DNA of 64,000 nucleotides from Naegleria gruberi (Eukaryota): NCBI GenBank assembly GCA_000004985.1, contig GG738926.1; one strand, written 5' to 3'. Below, piece after piece: positions 13,019-25,031 of the stretch (within the stretch, counting starts at the first letter, position 1; the number at the start of each line of letters is the position of its first letter). Both the position numbers and the translations under genes were made by a program. Below the pieces are notes generated by a model. It saw nothing but the letters and a program-made list of their open reading frames with translations. It made no database searches and was not told where the DNA came from.

Positions 13019-13779
13019 ATATTTTCATTAATTAGGTGAGATGTAAACTTGTTAAAATTGAGCTTTTTCAAAATAGTTCTCAATGATGAAGTCTATTTAA
13101 ACCAATTATTATTCTATTTGTTGATAAAGTGAGCTATTACAATATTGCATGGTAAATTTGTATATTTAAAGAAATTATATCAATTAAAATGGTGTTTTTT
13201 ATGGATCTATAATAGAAACATAATTTTCCAATTCCAACATGTCACTTTGTATTTAGCGATTTGATTGTCTAAATTAATCATACCTTTCAAAACAGGACAC
13301 TGTACCATTACAATACCTCAATTGTATCATACCACCTGTCATAATTATTATATATTATTTAAATGATTTTCATCCTTCACAACAGCCATATATCTCCTCT
13401 TCCATTAAGAATTTTGATAAACATGCCAATCAAATAATAAACCAAGAAAATGACAAGAGTTGAAATTCAAAATTGTTTTAAATTACTTCCTTTTGAAACA
13501 ATATTCATTGCTAAAGATTCAGCTTCATCAGAACATCAATCTGAAGAGATGACATCAAGTTGAAAGACAACCATTAAAAATCCAAAAATGAGGCTAGAGA
13601 TTTGGCCTGATCATTAATCAAGAATTAATATTTGAACTTTTTGCATCTAATAATGGATTAAGGTTTATTATGGAGATTAAAAATTCTACTTTAGTATTAT
13701 ACAGTTTTTAATAACTAGTGAGTTATATATCTCACTAAAATCACGATTACTTGAGAAATAAAAACACAATAACCACCAA

Positions 13780-14457
13780 ATGTATTATAGTAAATTATCA
13801 ATAGTTCAATTTAAAGAAGTCAAGTCTTCAAACAAGTCATCACTGCCAACCTCCATTGTTACCAAGAGAAGACGTGGAAGACCAGCAAAGAATGATCCAA
13901 AACCAATATTACCAATAGGTTATTTACAAATGATTACCTCTACAGAATCACTAGCTAGTTCTAATAGTAGTGTTGATAAAGTGGTACTACTTGATACTCC
14001 TAATCATTGTCGACAAGAGGATCTTGATTTCAAAGGCTTGTCGCAGAGTGGTAATAGTATGACCTATTTTCATAACAAGGCTTGTTGTAGCAAGGAGGAG
14101 AGTAGCAATAATAATATTAGCTTTCTAACAACACTTAATTCGAGGCTACATCCACAACCTATTTTCAATACAACATGTAATAATAATAATTGTCATCATT
14201 CACCATCATCCACTAATAATAATAATGTAAATAATTTCATCATGATGAAGAGCAATGATGATAATATTGATATTGATAATAATACAAGAAGATGTTCAAT
14301 GTTTGTAAATTATCAATGTGATGTAGATGATGAAAATAGCAACTTTTCACAAAGTAGAAGTATTCACAGTAGTGGTAACAGCAAAGTTATTTGTATTAAT
14401 ATGAGAAATAGGCGTCCATGCAGGACTTCAATATCAATAAAAGACTTGTTGAATTAA
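13780..14457 (+). CDS. Family member C: AT-hook (KRRRGRPAKNDPKP) protein ending ...RRPCRTSISIKDLLN
   Basis: MYYSKLSIVQFKEV N-terminus, RGRPAKN AT-hook, MITSTES, Asn/Ser-rich middle, conserved C-terminal tail. Lies 165 bp upstream of tRNA-Asn. Confidence 0.6.
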   Translation: MYYSKLSIVQFKEVKSSNKSSLPTSIVTKRRRGRPAKNDPKPILPIGYLQMITSTESLASSNSSVDKVVLLDTPNHCRQEDLDFKGLSQSGNSMTYFHNKACCSKEESSNNNISFLTTLNSRLHPQPIFNTTCNNNNCHHSPSSTNNNNVNNFIMMKSNDDNIDIDNNTRRCSMFVNYQCDVDDENSNFSQSRSIHSSGNSKVICINMRNRRPCRTSISIKDLLN

Positions 14458-14621
14458 TTTTTTTATTAATTATTTAAATTGTTTTTGTTGCAACGGCAAT
14501 TTGTTTTAAAATCCCAATTCGAATTGATGGACGAATTTTAAAATATAAAATTACTCGATTCAACAAAATGTTCCAATTACGGTATTACTTTCGTTTTGTT
14601 ACAAATCAATTCTGACAGAAA

Positions 14622-14694
14622 TCCCCCTTAGCTCAGTCGGTAGAGCGTCAGACTGTTAATCTGCAGGTCGGTGGTTCGAGCCCACCAGGGGGAG
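14622..14694 (+). tRNA. tRNA-Asn (anticodon GTT)
   Basis: Cloverleaf read by hand. Acceptor TCCCCCT/AGGGGGA. D-arm GCTC-AGTCGGTA-GAGC. Anticodon loop CTGTTAA (GTT at 34-36). T-arm GGTGG-TTCGAGC-CCACC. Discriminator G. Confidence 0.85.
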
Positions 14695-14704
14695 ATCTAG
14701 AATT

Positions 14705-17700
14705 TTATTTAACAATCTTTAGGAATCTTTTGCATTGTCTTGCCATTTCCTCCTTAAATTCAAGCAATTCCTCACCTCCTCCTTCACAATTCTTCACAAC
14801 TGCCAAATAAAATCTCTTAATTCCCACATGATTATTAATAACAAATAAACTTAGTGAGTCAACTTGTTCCTCTGTTAAAAAACCTTCCTTTTCTAATTTA
14901 AATAAAATTGCCTGAATTTCAATCCATATATTCTCCTCACTATTTTCAAATGTTGATAAAGATGATCTGGATTGTTGTTGATTTTTCTGATCATTTTCCT
15001 CATCTGATAATTTGTTAACTTCTGCTGCTGATGTTGAAATATTTTGTTGTGAATATCCATCTGATAATAATATTTCATCTTCTGATCCATTTACAATTTC
15101 AAATACTTCATGTTCATTCTTTAATTCTTCTAAACTATTATTGCTACTATTGCTAGTATTGCTATTATTCTGATTCATCATAGCAATAACATCATTTTCA
15201 TCATTATTATTAATATTACTATTATTGGATGATTCTACAACTTGAGAATTATTCACAATTTGTACATTTTGATCATTATTTACATTACTACTATTATTTA
15301 CATTATTATTATCAATATTATTATCATGATTATTATTCATTGCATTAATTTTAATAGTTTCTAATTTATCATTCAATATATTTTCAACTCTTTCTTTTAA
15401 ATTATTTAACTTGTTAACAATTTGAGATGCACTTGGTCTCTTTTCAGGTTCAATTTCCACACAATCAAATAAAATTTGTAAATATTCATCTTTTCCAATT
15501 AATTTTTGAACATTTGTTACTTTTTCATTTGGTTTTAAATAATCTGAAATTTTCTTCTTATTAGTTGGAATTTTAAAATCAATTTTTAATTGACCTGAAT
15601 ATAACATGAATGCGACAATACATCCAAATGACCAAATATCAACTTTTTCACTATACGAATCTTCATTATAAATTTCAGGAGCTAAATATAACATTGTACC
15701 ACATGCTGTTCTTGCAAGTGAACTTTGAACATTTTTAGCTAATCCAAAATCACTTAATTTCATAATTGGTTTCATATCATTACTATAATTAGTATTATTA
15801 TTATTAGTATTATTTGAATTTTCAAATGTTACAAAAATATTTGATGGTTTTAAATCTCGATGTATAATATTTCTCTCATGTATATATTCCAATGCTAATG
15901 CTATTTGAATTAACCATTCAATTATTTCCAATTCATTCCAATTTCCAATTTTATTCCAATAATTAACTTTCCTAACATAGAACATGCTTAAATCACCTGA
16001 TTCACAATATGGCATTATAATATTCAATACAAGTGATACCATTTCATTATTATTATCACCACCACTATTAGTATTATTATCATGTTGTTTTTCCTGATTA
16101 ATCATCATCATTCGTTTTTCAATAAAAAATGATAAAGTAGGTAAAATGTTAACATGTTTCAATTGTTGTAGAATTAAAATTTCATTAAATACACTATCAG
16201 ATGCAACTGATTTGTTTCTACCAACATTATCATTAAATATTATATCCATCCTTTTAAGTGCATAATATTTACTTGTAGAAATATTTCCATTATTATTATT
16301 ATTATTAGAATGAATAGAATTATTATTTAATAAGGAAGAAGTTACAGATGCATTTTCATCTCTCACCAGAAATACGCATGCTTGTCCACCTCTTCCTAAT
16401 AATCTTTCAATTACATAATTTCCAACTCTTGTTTCATTTAAAAAGGAAACTTTACGCAAATCACTAATTGAATTTTCATTTAAATTAGTTTCTAATAACC
16501 ACATATCATTAGCTCTAGCAACTAATTTATCTTTATCAACAATTCCACCAAATATTAATGCTTTACCACTATTAGAAATTGGTTGAATGATAAATCCAAT
16601 ACGCGCAGGTAGTGAATTTCTTTTATCATTCATTATTTCATTATTATTATCACTCATATTACCATTTATGGTAGTATTGAAGGTATTATTAAATTTTTTC
16701 CATTGTAAAGTTTCCAAATCCAATACAAAAGTATTATTTAAATAAAGTTTTTTATAAACACCTCCTACTAGTATTAGAAATTTACCCAAAACAACACATT
16801 TATGATCACTTCTCCTTTCAGGATAATCCTCCGATGGATCTCTATCAGGTAATAAATTCTTCCATCTATAGGAATCAATATCAAATAACCATAAATCATT
16901 GGTTTGAATTCCCTTTTCTAAAACTCCACCAAATAATAGAATTTTATCTTTAACTAATCCACACCAATGATTATATCTAGGAAGTGGTATATTATTATTA
17001 TTAGAAATATTACCATTATTAGAAGTATTATTAGAAGTATTATTAATATTTTGATATTCAATTTTTTTCCATTCAAATATAAAATTCTTATAATCTAAAA
17101 TATTTAATAACCACATATCATTTCTAAATGAACCATCATATCCACCATATAATAATATTGAATTATTACTAATAGGTGTTAGAGAATGATAATATCTTGC
17201 TGTTGGTATTTTAATTCCTAAATTCATTGTAAAACCATCTTTAATCATGAAATTATGTGAATCTGTAAATGTTGGAATCCAAGTTGAGTATTGTGAATTT
17301 TTAAATAGTGAATAATATTCATTATCTTCTTGTTCAATAGTAGATGATGATGATTGTGATGATTGTGAATGAGATGAATGAGATGAATTAGATGGTTTGT
17401 AATAACCTTTTAATTTACCTTCATGCCAAGTCATAGTTTCCAAATTTAGAAACCAAACATCGTTTAATCGAATTTTTTTATCTGCAATTCCACCAAATAT
17501 TAAAATAAATTTACTTTCTGGAATTGTACACATTCCATGACGTTCTCTTGGAATTGGAAATAAATATTTTAGGCAATGTGTTGGTGATTTTACTATATTT
17601 GGAATATTTTTCTTTAATTGGTTTAATTCTTCAAATATTAAATTTGATATTTTCTTTAAAAATTCAACCATTTTAGTTTGATAATTTTTAAATATTATTT

Positions 17701-18505
17701 CCAAATTTAATTTTTTAGATTGATTTACATTTTCCATATTTGGTAATTTTCCAATTTTCTTTTTTAGAAATAATTTTAAAGAAACTTCCAAACTTTCATT
17801 AGAAAGTGAATCTTGTCTCAAAATTTGATTCATTAAATTATTTAAATAAGTATGTAAATAGGTTAATTCATCTTTTCTATTATTAGATTTTATAAAATTG
17901 GCAACATTTGTAAATTCAACAATTGCACCTGGATCTATAAAATCAAATTTTCTAATCATGTATGTTTCTAATTTTACAATAAATATTACAATATATTACA
18001 ATAAATATTATAATATATTACAATATTGTAAAATGTATTATTAAAATAACTTACTAGGAGAAAATAACCAAACATTATTAATTCTCTTAAATCCAATACT
18101 AATACCTCCCATAAATGCAATAATACTTTCATTATCATCGATGTTATTAGATGATGATATCAGACAATCTAATACACATGAAGCATGTCCTGATAATGGA
18201 GGTGGTATATCTGTTTTACTCCAATCAGTAATATCATCACTATTATTATTATTATTAACATTATTAGTAGTAGTACTTTTATTGTTGAATGATGATGATG
18301 ATGAAGAGGATGAATTTCTATTGGATGATTTTTTTGATTGTTTATTCCGATGATCATCAAATAATTTATTATTATTATTTAATGATGATGATGGTGAGGA
18401 TGATGATGAATTATTTTGATGAGTTGAAGAAGTGAATGTTTTTAAATCATTGAGAGGAATGGATTGGAAGGAAATGGAAAGTGTGGAAAGTGTTTTATTT
18501 TCCAT
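14705..18505 (-). CDS. Kelch-repeat Ser/Thr protein kinase: N-terminal kelch beta-propeller, C-terminal kinase domain, long Asn/Ser-rich tail. Two ORFs (18505..18041 and 17959..14705) joined by a short AT-rich intron around 17960-18040.
   Basis: Repeated kelch signatures (LFGGxx...NDLWLFDxxxxxW, FGG motifs) in the N-terminal half. Kinase motifs YVIERLLGRGGQACVFL (Gly loop), HRDLKPSNIF, DFGLAK, APE, DIWSFGCIV. GTAAGT donor at the end of the upstream ORF. Confidence 0.75.
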
Positions 18506-18747
18506 TTTTTTTGTGTTCTTTAATATTGAAATTGTAAAACATTAATAAATAGATCAATATTAAAAAAAAATATTTAAAAGCAAATATTCAAGCTTCAGTC
18601 AGCCACCAATAATCGAAAAAAATAAACATAAATAGATCAAGAAGTTGTCAAGTCGAAAAGCAAACGAGTTACAACAAATATTACTAATTGTGGAGGTGAT
18701 CAATAATAATAATATAATAATAATAATATTATATAATCGATATATAT

Positions 18748-19863
18748 ATGGAGAGGGAAATATTTTCGGATGATGTTTGTTTTGAAATAATTTCCATGAT
18801 TGATTCTTCGTGGTTTATTTTAAATAATTGCGCTTTCATTTCAAAACAATTCTTTAATGTGATCAAGGAACGTTCAAGCCTTGTCATTCAATTCAGAGAA
18901 AAATTTACAGAGAAACGAATTGAATTATTTAGGAAAAGTCAATTTATGAATAGAATTGTGAATCTTAAATTTTCTAATTGGTTGCTTGATGCCATTGAAA
19001 AAATCAAATTCATCACTGAAATGAAACAATTAACATTACTTGATATAGGTTACAATCAAATTGGTGTAGAAGGAGCCAAATTGATAAGTGAAATGAAACA
19101 ATTAACATTACTTAATATTGGAACCAATGAAATTGGTGATGAGGGAGCCATAATGATAAGTGAAATGAAACAATTAACATTTCTTGATATTGGTGGCAAT
19201 CAAATTAGTGATGAAGGAGCCAGGTCAATAAGTAAAATGAGGCAATTAACATTTCTTGATATTTATGGCAATGGAATTGGTGATAAAGGAGCCAAATCAA
19301 TAAGTGAAATGCAACAATTAACATTACTTAATATTGGTGGCAATCAAATTGGTGATGAAGGAGCCAAATTGATAAGTCAAATGAAACAATTAACATTTCT
19401 TGATATTTATTGCAATGAAATTGATGTAGAAGGAGCCAAATGCATAAGTGAAATGCAACAATTAACATCACTTAATATTGGTAGCAATGAAATTGGTGTA
19501 GAAGGAGTCAAGTTCTTAAGTGAAATGCAACAATTAACATCACTTAATATTGGTGAAAATCTAATTGGTGATGAAGGAGCCAAATTGATAAGTCAAATGA
19601 AACAATTAACATTTCTTGATATTTATTGCAATGAAATTGGTGTAGAAGGAGCCAAATCAATTAGCGAAATGCAACAATTAACATCACTTAATATTGGTGA
19701 AAATGGAATTGGTGATGAAGGAGCCAAATTGATAAGTGAAATGAAACAATTAACATTTCTTGATATTTATTGCAATGAAATTGGTGTTGAGGGAGCCAAA
19801 TACATAAGTGAAATGAAACAATTAACATCACTTAATATATCTAACAATCAAATTGGTGTATGA
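18748..19863 (+). CDS. Leucine-rich-repeat (RNI/ribonuclease-inhibitor-like) protein built from about 12 tandem 24-aa units (MKQLTxLxIGxNxIGxEGAKxISE)
   Basis: Near-perfect 72-nt coding repeats. The ORF ends at a TGA created by one extra T in the last repeat (ggtgtaTgaagga versus ggtgtagaagga in other units). Confidence 0.7.
   Translation: MEREIFSDDVCFEIISMIDSSWFILNNCAFISKQFFNVIKERSSLVIQFREKFTEKRIELFRKSQFMNRIVNLKFSNWLLDAIEKIKFITEMKQLTLLDIGYNQIGVEGAKLISEMKQLTLLNIGTNEIGDEGAIMISEMKQLTFLDIGGNQISDEGARSISKMRQLTFLDIYGNGIGDKGAKSISEMQQLTLLNIGGNQIGDEGAKLISQMKQLTFLDIYCNEIDVEGAKCISEMQQLTSLNIGSNEIGVEGVKFLSEMQQLTSLNIGENLIGDEGAKLISQMKQLTFLDIYCNEIGVEGAKSISEMQQLTSLNIGENGIGDEGAKLISEMKQLTFLDIYCNEIGVEGAKYISEMKQLTSLNISNNQIGV
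19021..19860 (+). repeat. Tandem array of about 11.7 copies of a 72-bp coding repeat (LRR units)
   Basis: atgaaacaattaaca...ggtgatgaaggagccaaa units recur every 72 nt, seen directly. Confidence 0.75.
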
Positions 19864-19980
19864 AGGAGTCAAATTATTAACATGTTAATAACTTATTGTC
19901 TTTTTTCAGTAATGCCATCTGCTTTAACATCACTGTCCATACAAGGGAATAATAGGAACCTTGTTTATGTAATAGCTCAG

Positions 19981-21297
19981 TTAAATGAATTCAAAGACGC
20001 AATCTGTTAATGTTTGTCTTGTCAAATTTTCAAATAATCTTTCCTTGATTTTTGTAAATTCTTCCACAATTTTAAATTGAAATGAAAACATGAAACCCAT
20101 TTTGATATTTGCCTCTATTTTCGATTCTTTAACAAAATTTGAAAACATTAATTGAACTTGAAATAAATCAGGATTTGAATGAAATGGTCTAAATGATGCC
20201 ATACAAGGACTCTCAATATTTCTCTGATCAGAGATGGCAATTGCTGAAGGTGAATAATTAATAATATCATCTTCTGAAATCATTTGACCATTCTTTGCTA
20301 ATTGGTAAAGTACCTTGTCAGAGTATCCACCATTTAAATCACCAGATTGACATGAATCAATGTTGGTAATTGATTGGTTAAATTTCTTCCAATTTCTTTC
20401 AATTTGAAATGATAAATCTATTGGTTCAATTTCTTTATCATCATTTAAAGAATATACTACTGGATAAACTCTTCTCACACTATTCTCTTCCAAGTCAAAA
20501 ATATGCCATCTCAATTCATTTAACATAAAGTATTGGAAAGTTTCAGGTTTAGATTGATTAGAGCAAGAACATAATAGATAAAATCTATCATTCAATTCAC
20601 ACATGATATGTTTCATATGCACTGCATCTTCATCTGAGATTGGATGTTTCTCATTTTGAGATGTACATTCTTTCAATGAGTTCCAAACCGAGTCACTTTT
20701 GTTTTCAAGTGTAAATAACAGATTTGGATAATAATCAACATTTAAAAGTTGTTTCTTCTGTTGTTTCGTCAAGTTTGGGAAATCTTTCAATGTTGAATGT
20801 TGTTTCATTGTTTCTAATAAAATTTTCCAATAATTATCTCTTGAAATTTGGCAATGTATTTGTTCAGAATCGAATTCATCGTACAAATATTCAGTCTCTA
20901 ATGGAATCATATCCTTAGATTCCATCCAATATCCATTCTTTTTCAATGGAATCAGATTCATTTCATCATTATTTTCAATTAGCAAATATTGAGGAGTATA
21001 ATTTGCTGGAATTACACTTTTACAATTTAGGGAAAAGACAAAACGTGGAATTGCAGATTGATTATCTAATAACAGTAATCCATATATTCTCAAATTGTAA
21101 GTATTTGAATTTGAATAATGTTCGCGATATCGTCTATTGCTCCTACAATATGTACACCTATAGAAATTAAATTGATAGGTCCAGTGGTGACAACAATCAC
21201 ACGGTACATATTCATAATTTTCATCAACTTCAAAGGTTTGCAATAGTGGAAAGTGTGAATTGTCCTTGATGTTTCTTGTGGGGTTGTGTTGTGGCAT
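19981..21297 (-). CDS. Hypothetical protein with a Cys/His-rich N-terminal segment (CDCCHHWTYQFNFYRCTYCRSNRRY). The ORF 21632..21420 may be an upstream exon.
   Basis: Long ORF with ordinary amino-acid composition. Both it and the 21632..21420 ORF are partially duplicated at 55.5 kb. Confidence 0.5.
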   Translation of the reverse strand: MPQHNPTRNIKDNSHFPLLQTFEVDENYEYVPCDCCHHWTYQFNFYRCTYCRSNRRYREHYSNSNTYNLRIYGLLLLDNQSAIPRFVFSLNCKSVIPANYTPQYLLIENNDEMNLIPLKKNGYWMESKDMIPLETEYLYDEFDSEQIHCQISRDNYWKILLETMKQHSTLKDFPNLTKQQKKQLLNVDYYPNLLFTLENKSDSVWNSLKECTSQNEKHPISDEDAVHMKHIMCELNDRFYLLCSCSNQSKPETFQYFMLNELRWHIFDLEENSVRRVYPVVYSLNDDKEIEPIDLSFQIERNWKKFNQSITNIDSCQSGDLNGGYSDKVLYQLAKNGQMISEDDIINYSPSAIAISDQRNIESPCMASFRPFHSNPDLFQVQLMFSNFVKESKIEANIKMGFMFSFQFKIVEEFTKIKERLFENLTRQTLTDCVFEFI

Positions 21298-21887
21298 TTT
21301 ATTTGTTGATTTTGTTTAAATATTCGAAAATAGTAGTAAAAACTTAAAGAAAATAGGAAACAAGAGGAATGAACTTCCGTTAATCTTGGTTTATGTTCCT
21401 TATTTGTGAGAAATGAACTTTAAGCGGAAAGCATTCCGTTCTTTTTACAAGTTGTAATACTTCCACCAATTTTTATTCTTAACCAAATAAAGTTTACAAA
21501 AATTATTTTATTCCATGGTGAAGGTGGAATTATTAACAGGACAAATAGCTCAAAAACAAAACTGCAAAGATCACTTCCGGGTTTTTTACAGCAATCACCT
21601 TCCATGACCCTAGCCTGCAGCTTCTCCTCCATAAGTGATGTGTTTTAATTGCAGTGTGATTGCTGAGAATATTAATCATTGGTAGAGCATCTGTAAAATT
21701 GTTTGGAAAAAATAATCGTAACTTTTGGTTAGAATCAATTAAGTAATAAAACGAAAAGAAGAGACTGCATTGTTAACAATAACTATTACTGCAATATGAT
21801 ATTTAACTCTCGCCTCTAAACTCTTTTATTTACAATTATACAGTGTGGTATGGTGATTGATACTGTAGTGAGATAGATCTACAACAA

Positions 21888-22595
<708 letters not shown>

Positions 22596-22635
22596 TTATT
22601 TAAATTAATTTACAATTAAATATTAAAATCAAACT

Positions 22636-24717
22636 TTACACAACTGGATCAATTGAAATATAAGTCTCACAAGTACCAATTCCTTTCACTTTGACACCAG
22701 TTCTATGGGTAAACTTAGAGGCAAGATCTTGTGGTAATTTTTCATATGTTTTTGTACAAATTTGAAGGTGATTAGTAAGACTTGTAGATTGCATTCTTGA
22801 AGCAAAATTTACAGTAGCTCCCCAAACGTCATAAGCAGGCTTCTTCTTACCGACAATACCAGCAACAACTTCACCTGTACTCAAACCAATTTTAACATTC
22901 ACTTTGAATTTAGATGTTTTGTTCATATCAGAAACAATTTGTGCCATTTCAAAGGCTCCTCTTACTGCATTTTCCGCAAAATTATTATTCTGTTCTGGTA
23001 AACCACTTGCCAACATATCTATTTCTCATTAGAATCCAATTGAATTGAAATACTTACAATTATCACCAATGGTTTTGATCTTTTCCAATTGATATTTTTG
23101 TATCGTAACATCAAACTTTTCGAAAATGGAATCCAAAAAGCTTATCAGATTCTTTGGAGAAATTTCCATTGACAATTGGTTAAAGTTCTCAATGTCACTA
23201 AACATGATTGTTGCTTGATCGTGGAAGTCGTGAATAAGATCACCATTTACAACTCTAGAGGCTATAGAGGCTGGGAAAATTTGTTCAGCCAAGTGTTTGT
23301 ACTGTTCTGTCTTTGTAATGACGGCTGTCATATCTCTGGCAAACCCAAGGAAAATTCTTTGGTCCTTGTCATCTTTGATTTCAGTAATTTTAAGTTCAAC
23401 AGGAAAAATTTCTCCTGATTTTCTTTTGCCATTAACAACTCTGGTTTTGTCAACAACTCTCTTAATACCAGTCTTGATGTATCTGTTCACAAAGGCATTG
23501 TGATTGATAGCAATTTCATCAGGCATAATTACCGTCAGTGAATTGCCAATAATTTCACTTGCTCTAATACCAAAAACATGTTCAGCAGCAGGATTCCATG
23601 TGTTAACAATTGATAGAGTATCAATGGCAACGATAGGAATTGTTGAAAGTTGTGTTACTGCACTGTGGAACTGGAATGATTGTTGTTGAACTTCCCCTTC
23701 CTCAGCAGTATTATTTCCTTCATTATTTTCTTCTCCAATTAAACTCTTTCTATCCATACTAGCCTGACTGTTACCATCACCATCCTCGTCATCGTCTTCA
23801 TTGTCATCAGCAGCTGCAGCATTCTGATTCTTTAAAACATCTTCAAAATTACTTCCTTTCTGCATACCTTCAGGTTGAAGATAACAAATGAAGAATGGTA
23901 AACCATTTTTGATCATTTCGGTAATTCGTACACCAACCTTCTTGATCGGAGTTTTTGGATCCTTAATATCATACACAACCTTTTCTGCAAGCATTGATTT
24001 AGATCTAAGCTGCAAGTAATCTCTAATTCTTTTCTGAAGTTCACCTGCACTATTTTCATTCAAAATAAGGCAAACATTCTTCGACTGCAAATCTTTGAGG
24101 GATTTTCCAAACAATTCCTCACCGAAACTATTCATTGAATGAATATTTGTTTTTGTATCTACAACGAACACTGGACACATGCAAGCAGAGATATGTTCAT
24201 CCATTTGGAATGCTGGTTCTCCTTGTTCTCCATCATTATATTCTTCAACACCATCAAATTCATCTTCTGTTGGGAGGTCATCCTTGAAATCCACTATTGG
24301 TTTGTTATTGTTCATTTCCTCAATGTCATTATTTTGAGGAACATTATTTATATTGTTATTGTTGGTATTATTAATATCTTGTTTTTGAATATTATTATTT
24401 ACTGGAGGATTAGAAGAAGAAGATGTTGTCGATGGATTTTGTTGTTTCTCTGGGATATACTTTGGTTGATCCTCATAAGTCTTTGTTTTTTGTACATTAG
24501 CCTTTGTGTCGTTCTTACTAGCAACGTTATTATCCTTACTATTGTCCTTCTTTTGAGAGTTTCCTTGAGGTGGTTTGCTAACAATCGCTCCCATCGTGTA
24601 GTGTTTTTTTCTGTAGTTTTTGTTTGCGGGAAAATGGTTATTGTAGTGGTTGATTGTTTGAAAGGCAGTGATGTTGCTTTTTGTTCGCCACGCTGGTCCA
24701 TAATAGACTACCCACAA
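22636..24717 (-). CDS. Class III nucleotidyl (adenylyl-type) cyclase with two PAS domains. The catalytic domain is split by a 39-nt intron (23017..23055).
   Basis: PAS signature PIVAIDTLSIVNTWNPAAEHVFG...RKSGEIFPVELKITEI...FARDMT. Cyclase motifs FSDIENF..., EKIKTIGDN|YMLASGLPE (restored by removing the GTAAGT...TAG intron), YDVWGATVNFASRMQS. K (KIKTIGD) and D (YDVWG) at the specificity positions suggest ATP. Confidence 0.75.
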
Positions 24718-25031
24718 ACTATCTCTTAAGCTGTCTATTGATGTGTTTTGACTTGATGGTGGCTCAACAAACGGTACAGTGAAGGGAATAAGGAAATTGG
24801 GGAGGCTTTATTTGTTATGACCATATGTTCACTGTAAATGTTCTATAAATGTTCTGTAGACATAGGTATGATTCTCATTCAACTTTTATATTAAAAGGAA
24901 AGAGTTTTAATCAAGTTCAATGGCTATATGAGACAATGATGAATTCTTCTGCCTCATTCTTTAATGAAGGAAGTAATCTTAAATTCATCCATTCATCAAT
25001 CTCTCATCTTCCACTATATGTTGTCAACATT

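Noticed and set aside
14458-14704. TRE5/TRE3/DGLT-A-type retroelement insertion next to the tRNA genes (also 55790-56060)
   Set aside because: I looked for LTR, poly-A or target-site-duplication signatures around both tRNAs and could not see any by eye. Only the gene-family array and the chimeric fragment are evident.
23176-23689. Three short plus-strand ORFs (61-80 aa), antisense to the cyclase gene. Similar antisense ORFs occur at 4440..4649, 18141..18360, 22085..22476, 25328..26005, 27242..27964, 44101..44493 and 56907..57731.
   Set aside because: They overlap well-supported genes on the opposite strand, have hydrophobic or low-complexity composition typical of antisense AT-rich DNA, and have no motifs.
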